A DNA stretch of 64,000 nucleotides. Origin: Longimicrobiales bacterium. GTDB lineage: Bacteria > Gemmatimonadota > Gemmatimonadetes > Longimicrobiales > Gaopeijiaceae. Made by a program: the position numbers and the translations under genes. Of this stretch, positions 58,634-64,000 are shown one piece after another; the stretch's first letter is position 1; each line of letters opens with the position of its first letter. The DNA is taken from assembly GCA_965248195.1 (NCBI GenBank), contig CBDFIQ010000002.1:896001-960000 (forward strand), written 5' to 3'. The notes below the pieces were generated by a model. It did not search any database and was not told the DNA's origin. It was given only the letters and a program-made list of their open reading frames with translations.

Positions 58634-58690
58634 CGACGGAAACTGCTAGATGTCTCAAAGCTGCGGGAGTTGGGTTGGCAGGCCCCGATT
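58634..58690 (+). pseudogene. fcl: C-terminal relic of GDP-L-fucose synthase
   Basis: RRKLLDVSKLRELGWQAPI matches the Fcl RKLLDVxxLxxLGW motif. Confidence 0.7.
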
Positions 58691-59921
58691 ACGTAATCCC
58701 TTTTTCAAGCACGTCACAGAACCGCGGGAGCAGGAGACGTTTGCTGAACCGCTCATTGACCAGACGTTGGGCATTTATTCCCATAGCTGAAAGCTCTTCC
58801 CGGGGCAGCGATACCATCGCCTTGATGGCCTCCAGCGCTCCATCCACATCACCCTGCTGCACATGCCATCCGATCTCCTGCCCCTTCATGATCTCGGAGG
58901 CGTGGCAGGGATCGGGGCCAATCAGAAATAGGGGTCGTCCTACCGCCATCGCTCCGTACATCTTACAGGGGTGGCAAATGCCCACGACTGCGTTCTCCAC
59001 TGAAACCACGTGCACGTCGGCCGCCGAGAGAGAGAATCGCAAATCACGAGTGGGTTGAAATGGTAACGACCGGATGTTTTCGCATCCCTCGGAGATGGCT
59101 GTCTCCACTCGTTTCTTTTCAACCCCGCCTCCGATAAACATGAAAACGATGTCTTTACGGTATTGCAATCTCTTGGCCGCGGCGATCACAGTAGAAAGGG
59201 GGTTGGTAGGCCCGTGATTCCCAGAGTACATGATCACCAATTTTCCGTTGGCACCTGCGCCGAAGCAGTGCTTCTCACGGAACGGATTGGTGGAGTGCTC
59301 GACAATTTCGAAATCGTGCTCGTTAGGCCAGGGTGGTATCACGGTCATCTTCGCCGAACAATCGACCTTGGCATTCAGACGGTCGGCCATAAAATCATCG
59401 AGGGTGATTACGTCGCTAGCACATGTCAACGCTCGGCGATCGATCCAGGTAAACACACGAGCCGCGATACTCGTCTCGGCCACGACGCCAAGCGCGATAA
59501 TCAGATCTGGGTTCAGGTCCAGCTGCCAGTATTTGAGCGATACCCGACGCAATACTGAAATCGGCACCGCAGCGATCGACGCCATGGGCGGCGACGTGCC
59601 GACCAAGACAACCTTGAGATTCCGGGTGAAAACACCCCGCAGAAAGACCTGTACCAGAAACAACGCCTGAGCTAGGAGGCGTGTCTCGATCGATCTCTTA
59701 CCGAACGAGGACAGGGGCAGCCGCCGCACTTCGACACCATCGACGATTTCTCGTCGCACGTATTTCTGAGACGGGTCGTCGTAACCCCGCCCAGATGTGA
59801 GCACTACGACGCGGTACCCCCTCCCAACCATCTCCACAGCGGCGTCGTGCATGAGGTGGCCCGTTCTGGTAGGATCGGGAACATATACTTGACTGATAAG
59901 AAGCAAGGTCGGCCTACCCAT
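58689..59921 (-). CDS. Glycosyltransferase family 4 (WbuB/WcaI-like)
   Basis: ISQVYVPD, TSPP, WQLDLNPD, MYSGNHG, PCKMYGAMAVGRP. Confidence 0.88.
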   Translation of the reverse strand: MGRPTLLLISQVYVPDPTRTGHLMHDAAVEMVGRGYRVVVLTSGRGYDDPSQKYVRREIVDGVEVRRLPLSSFGKRSIETRLLAQALFLVQVFLRGVFTRNLKVVLVGTSPPMASIAAVPISVLRRVSLKYWQLDLNPDLIIALGVVAETSIAARVFTWIDRRALTCASDVITLDDFMADRLNAKVDCSAKMTVIPPWPNEHDFEIVEHSTNPFREKHCFGAGANGKLVIMYSGNHGPTNPLSTVIAAAKRLQYRKDIVFMFIGGGVEKKRVETAISEGCENIRSLPFQPTRDLRFSLSAADVHVVSVENAVVGICHPCKMYGAMAVGRPLFLIGPDPCHASEIMKGQEIGWHVQQGDVDGALEAIKAMVSLPREELSAMGINAQRLVNERFSKRLLLPRFCDVLEKGIT

Positions 59922-60044
59922 AGAACCGCCAGCGTATCAGACTTGGAGCGCTCACCATTGTCGCTATTCAGAGTCCACCGTGAATCTGCATCGTCAGATC
60001 CGTCCATTCCACGATCGGGCAGGGCAGCGACCAGGAACCATGGG

Positions 60045-60195
60045 TGGACAGCCTGAAAAAGAAAGAGGAAGCTTTTTTGGGTGTTCATCATCACAAGAAC
60101 CCGGGAGTCCGGGCCTGCGCGAGTAGGTCCGGAACCGGAAAAGCTTCCTCATGGAGAAGATGGTCGAAGTGGAGCGGGCCACGCAAGATGAGCTG
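60045..60195 (+). pseudogene. Relic of a related IS256 element (5' UTR plus first 15 transposase codons)
   Basis: Homologous to the IS256 leader; MEKMVEVERATQDEL versus MQEIVEIGRATQDEL. Confidence 0.85.
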
Positions 60196-60315
60196 TGGCA
60201 GGCTCCGAGCTTGCGTTCATTGAGCAGCATATGGCCGACCCGATGCACTAACACTACAATGGCGGCGGCGGCGGGCCCCAGGACACCAGTCAGGCAGCAC
60301 CTGTAGACTCGAAGT

Positions 60316-61431
60316 ATGGGTAAGGAGGAAGATGGCTTCGGACGATTGCGCAATCGACTTTCTGCCTATATGGAGGGGCTCTGCCTATATGGCGGGGGTA
60401 AGAATAACTTCGTGAACGGATCGATCGACTGGTCCTCAGTTCAGCTCCCGAGATTGGACTCTCGAAGGGTGTTCGTGACGGGGTCCGAGGGCTTCATTGG
60501 GTCGCACCTTTGTGAGGCATTACTTGCTGCTGGAGCTGAAGTTATGGGCTACGACCATGCCCCGTCAGCCTCTGGTTCGCGTCCGTGGAAGAGCACGCAA
60601 GGTGATGTCCGCGACTACCTCACCTTGGAGAGCACCCTTCGGAGATTCCGCGCCGATTCTGTCGTACATCTTGCGGCAAGGACCGATTTGACCGGTAAGC
60701 TGCCAGAGGATTACAGTAGCAACATCGCCGGAGTCCGCGTGTTGGGGGAGGTAATGGCGGCAGTCGGCAACGTATCCGAGGCAATCGTCGCGTCGAGCAT
60801 GCTAGTCTGCCGGCCAGGATACACACCCGATTCTGAATTCGATCATGCTCCTCACACGGTATATGGGCAAAGTAAGGTCCAAACGGAACTGATTTGGCGC
60901 GAGATAGGGCCTAGGGCGGCCGCTCGATCCGTCATCCTGCGGCCGACGTCGATCTGGGGGCCGCGTTGGGGCCGGCATTATCTTGCCTTCCTCAACGCCA
61001 TATGGCGGAGGCGCTACGTTCAACCCGGGTGGCGTCCCCTCAGAAAGACCTACGGCTTCGTCGGAAATACGGTCTTTCAGATGATTTCGCTTATGAGCAC
61101 CAGGCTTGGTCCGTTGAGCGGTAAGGTAACCTACATTGCAGACTACGATCCGCTTGATATCCGCCGATGGGCAGCAGCCTTTGCCAAAGCCATGGGTGTG
61201 TCCAAGCCCATTTCGATTCCGGTGACGGCGCTTCGTGGAGTCGGCCGGGCCGGAGATCTCGCCATGAGCCTGGGCATATCAAGTCCGATCAGTACATACA
61301 CGGTTCGGAACATTTTGACTGAGTACATCTTTGATCTTTCGCTAATGCGGGCGGCCGTTCCATCTTTACCGTTCGATATTGGTCTAGGTGTTGAGCTTAC
61401 GGCAGAGTGGGCCCTTGCCGAGCTGAGGTAG
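60316..61431 (+). CDS. NAD-dependent epimerase/dehydratase (true start probably further downstream)
   Basis: VTGSEGFIG, HLAARTD, YGQSK, RPTSIWGP. Confidence 0.82.
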   Translation: MGKEEDGFGRLRNRLSAYMEGLCLYGGGKNNFVNGSIDWSSVQLPRLDSRRVFVTGSEGFIGSHLCEALLAAGAEVMGYDHAPSASGSRPWKSTQGDVRDYLTLESTLRRFRADSVVHLAARTDLTGKLPEDYSSNIAGVRVLGEVMAAVGNVSEAIVASSMLVCRPGYTPDSEFDHAPHTVYGQSKVQTELIWREIGPRAAARSVILRPTSIWGPRWGRHYLAFLNAIWRRRYVQPGWRPLRKTYGFVGNTVFQMISLMSTRLGPLSGKVTYIADYDPLDIRRWAAAFAKAMGVSKPISIPVTALRGVGRAGDLAMSLGISSPISTYTVRNILTEYIFDLSLMRAAVPSLPFDIGLGVELTAEWALAELR

Positions 61432-61464
61432 GACCAAACGGTGTGCAAACGAAGGACGACGCTG

Positions 61465-62571
61465 TCAAACCCCGATGATCTCGGTAAAGCGTTCGATATT
61501 CGTACTCTGACGAAACCGCTCTGCAAGCCGGCTTGCACGGTTCCGACGTCGTAACGCGGGCAGATGGGTCGCAGCCCAGGCCATCGCATTCACGAGCTCT
61601 TCATCGGTTGAGAAGAGCTCGCCATTCACACCTTGATCCACAACCTCACTGTTGGCATCCACATTGCTGAGGATGCACCACAGGCCGAAGAAGAGCCCTT
61701 CCAACACCGCCCGAGCGACCCCCTCCGCCTCGGACGGAAGAACCATACAATCGGCGCTCTGGACAATGTCATACGGGTTATCGAGGTGTCCACACAAACG
61801 GATCCGATCCCCCAACCCCAACTCGGCGATCCGCGCCTCGACCTGTGGTCGGAGTTCACCGTCTCCAACGATATCCAATGAACACGTGATCCCGCCATCG
61901 CGCAGCCTATCCACGGCATTCACGAGCATGTCGGGACGCTTGCGGCGCGTCAAGCTCGCCAGAAAGACGAACCGTACGGGTGAGTCATCCTGGGGCCCAG
62001 CCCTCCGGCGCTGCTCCAGGCTTCGTTCGTCAATAAAATTTCCGATCAATGCCACACGCTTCAATCCCAGCGCCCGCAGCTGGTTCATCATGGCGTTAGA
62101 CATGGCCGCCACAACGTCGAAGCGCCGTAAGGTCAGCAGGTGGGCATAAGCCAATGGGACACCGACAGGTCCGAAGTCAAAGCGGTAAATCTGGGGAAGA
62201 TTGCCTCGAACACTGCTTACAATGCGCGCGTACCTTTTCATCAGGAGATTCATCATATCCGGCAAGAAACAGTAGGAAATACTCGTCACGTTGTTCCGCC
62301 CGCCGGCGTCTGACAGCACACCACGTAGAGCAAGGCACTTTGCTTTCCAGCCGCGCGCCGCACCGAGCGAAAGGAGTTCGACGCTTGGGAGAATGTCGAG
62401 ACCAGGGACTGTCAGCGGTTTGAGCGCTACGAGCGTAACCCGGTACTGCTCGCTCAAGCCGTTGCACAGGGCCACAGCTCCCTTCACCGGTCCCGCAGGC
62501 ACGAGTGACGGTACAATGACGAAGACGCGTCGATCGCTCACGAGCGGCGATTCTCGGAGGCGTCCATACAC
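61465..62571 (-). CDS. Glycosyltransferase family 4
   Basis: PSLVPAGP, RKRPD, VGDGEL, LPSEAEGVARAVLE. Confidence 0.85.
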   Translation of the reverse strand: MYGRLRESPLVSDRRVFVIVPSLVPAGPVKGAVALCNGLSEQYRVTLVALKPLTVPGLDILPSVELLSLGAARGWKAKCLALRGVLSDAGGRNNVTSISYCFLPDMMNLLMKRYARIVSSVRGNLPQIYRFDFGPVGVPLAYAHLLTLRRFDVVAAMSNAMMNQLRALGLKRVALIGNFIDERSLEQRRRAGPQDDSPVRFVFLASLTRRKRPDMLVNAVDRLRDGGITCSLDIVGDGELRPQVEARIAELGLGDRIRLCGHLDNPYDIVQSADCMVLPSEAEGVARAVLEGLFFGLWCILSNVDANSEVVDQGVNGELFSTDEELVNAMAWAATHLPALRRRNRASRLAERFRQSTNIERFTEIIGV

Positions 62572-63185
62572 TCGAATACCCCGTAGACGCAGTACTGCCG
62601 CATCACGCGACCGAGGCCCGGAAACCTAACCGGCATGTGCAGGATCCGTGAGGCCCGAAACCCTGCCTCCCCTAGTCGTCCCACTAAGTCGTCCTCGTCG
62701 TAGAAGCGCTTGTGGTCGGGGGCGCTCGCATAGCCCCTCCGTCCCGGAACGCCCACGATGAGGATGCCACCGCTCCTTACGACGCGGTGAATCTCAGCAA
62801 GCATGTGACCCGGATCGGTGAGATGCTCAAGCACGTTATCGAGCATCGCTCCGTCGAATTCTCCATCGCTGAAGGGATATCGCCCGGTCCCGTCGATCAA
62901 GTGGGCGTCTGCGCCTTTGCGCAAGCAATACGCGACGTTGTTTGGATTGACATCGACGCCGGTTGAGTTTTCGCGGTAAGACAAGAAATCCCCGATACCG
63001 CATCCGACGTCGACGACCCTCCCCGAGAGGAATCGACTGAGACGCGGGTATAGGAAATACCTTCGATAGAGCGACGCCCGCCAAGCGCGCTGACGCAAGT
63101 ATTGGAAGTATCCCTTGAACTCCGCTTCGCTCATGGAGCGATCGATCGGGTTGTTGTTCAGGAGCGCCTCCCGGGATTGATCCAC
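62538..63185 (-). CDS. Class I SAM-dependent methyltransferase
   Basis: VDVGCGIG, PFSDGEFD, NVLEHL, EIHRV..GG..GVP. Confidence 0.85.
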   Translation of the reverse strand: MDQSREALLNNNPIDRSMSEAEFKGYFQYLRQRAWRASLYRRYFLYPRLSRFLSGRVVDVGCGIGDFLSYRENSTGVDVNPNNVAYCLRKGADAHLIDGTGRYPFSDGEFDGAMLDNVLEHLTDPGHMLAEIHRVVRSGGILIVGVPGRRGYASAPDHKRFYDEDDLVGRLGEAGFRASRILHMPVRFPGLGRVMRQYCVYGVFECMDASENRRS

Positions 63186-63228
63186 ATGTAACTCACGGGC
63201 CTACGACCAGCGAAACTCATCTCCCCCC

Positions 63229-64000
63229 TCATACCGCGACAAGGTCCATCATCCTGGTTGCACGCGCGGTCCAATTGTGATCTTCGATACATTCGTGCCT
63301 CGCCACCGAAGCCAATCGTTGCCCGAGTGCTGCATCAGCGCGAAGCCGCGTCAAACATTCGGACCATGCCGCAGGATCATCGGGCGTGGCCAACAGACTG
63401 TTGTGCCCGTCCCGGAGGACCTCCTGCAATGCCGGCAACCTCGACGCGATAATTGGCACCTCGGAGGCCATATACTCGAACATTTTCATCGGCGACATCC
63501 AGCGCCCGGTATCCTCATCCTTCACGCCGAAAGACACGTGTTGCTGATACGGCATCAGCAACACGTCCATCAGCGCCATAGTACGCACGGTGTCTGCAGG
63601 CTTGACGAATCCCATCACGGCGACATTCGGCTGGTCACTCGCCGCGCGAAGTTCGTGGATGTCCGCTTCGTTTCCACCGAACACCAAGAACATGGTATCC
63701 GCGTGTCGCTCGGCGAGCTCCCGAATAATCTCGATCCCGCGCCCCGGGTACAAGTGCCCGAAATATCCCGCGACGCACCGGTAGCAATCAAGATCCACGG
63801 TCGGGACAGCGGCTGCTCTCGCCTTACCCTTCGACGCGCTCGGCACCACTTGAATGGTCGCCGGAGCCGCATCCCGCAACACCACCGTTTTCGCGGGAGC
63901 CACACCGTGTGTCTCCCGCAGGATCCGTTCCAACGCGTCGGAGATCACGACCGTGACAATCCAGCGGCGACGGAGAATAGCGCGTTGCAGCGCGCCCCGA
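63229..64000 (-). CDS. Glycosyltransferase family 4, 5' end outside window
   Basis: GYFGHLYPGRG, DVLLMPY, SPMKMFEYMAS. Confidence 0.85.
   Translation of the reverse strand, partial: RGALQRAILRRRWIVTVVISDALERILRETHGVAPAKTVVLRDAAPATIQVVPSASKGKARAAAVPTVDLDCYRCVAGYFGHLYPGRGIEIIRELAERHADTMFLVFGGNEADIHELRAASDQPNVAVMGFVKPADTVRTMALMDVLLMPYQQHVSFGVKDEDTGRWMSPMKMFEYMASEVPIIASRLPALQEVLRDGHNSLLATPDDPAAWSECLTRLRADAALGQRLASVARHECIEDHNWTARATRMMDLVAV

Overview
The whole window is one large, mosaic surface-polysaccharide (capsule/EPS/O-glycan) locus from a high-GC bacterium. The Wzi/SLBB/carboxypeptidase-like lipoprotein repertoire suggests Gemmatimonadota, but that is inference. It encodes: nucleotide-sugar synthesis (WbpA-like dehydrogenase, rmlD/A/B without rmlC, Rmd-like reductase, two CapD/WbpM paralogues, several SDR epimerases); PAPS supply (sat-cysC fusion, cysQ) and a split sulfotransferase-like gene; two priming sugar transferases; many glycosyltransferases; Wzx/Wzy, an ABC flippase, Wzc-like/Wzz co-polymerases, a short OPX and two Wzi-like barrels. 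It also has a hybrid nonulosonic-acid operon: Neu5Ac-type NeuB plus Leg-type NeuC/PtmE/LegB, with an SDR reductase but no aminotransferase or acetyltransferase, and two ParB/Srx-like orphans. Two apparently identical IS256 copies interrupt a wecA-like gene and asnB (8-bp TSD visible). Main hidden signals: (1) a 17-bp tandem array forming an unbroken relay of seven stop/start-overlapping mini-ORFs from rmlD to rmlA; (2) a covarying RNA structure occluding the IS256 transposase RBS, revealed by a diverged IS relic; (3) a predicted 9-deoxy-nonulosonate pathway; (4) a collapsed chimeric bridge ORF after neuC; (5) a CTAG-flanked MITE; (6) many short gene scars (fcl x2, gmd, SDR, GT, IS91). All calls come from motif recognition by eye; no database searches were run.
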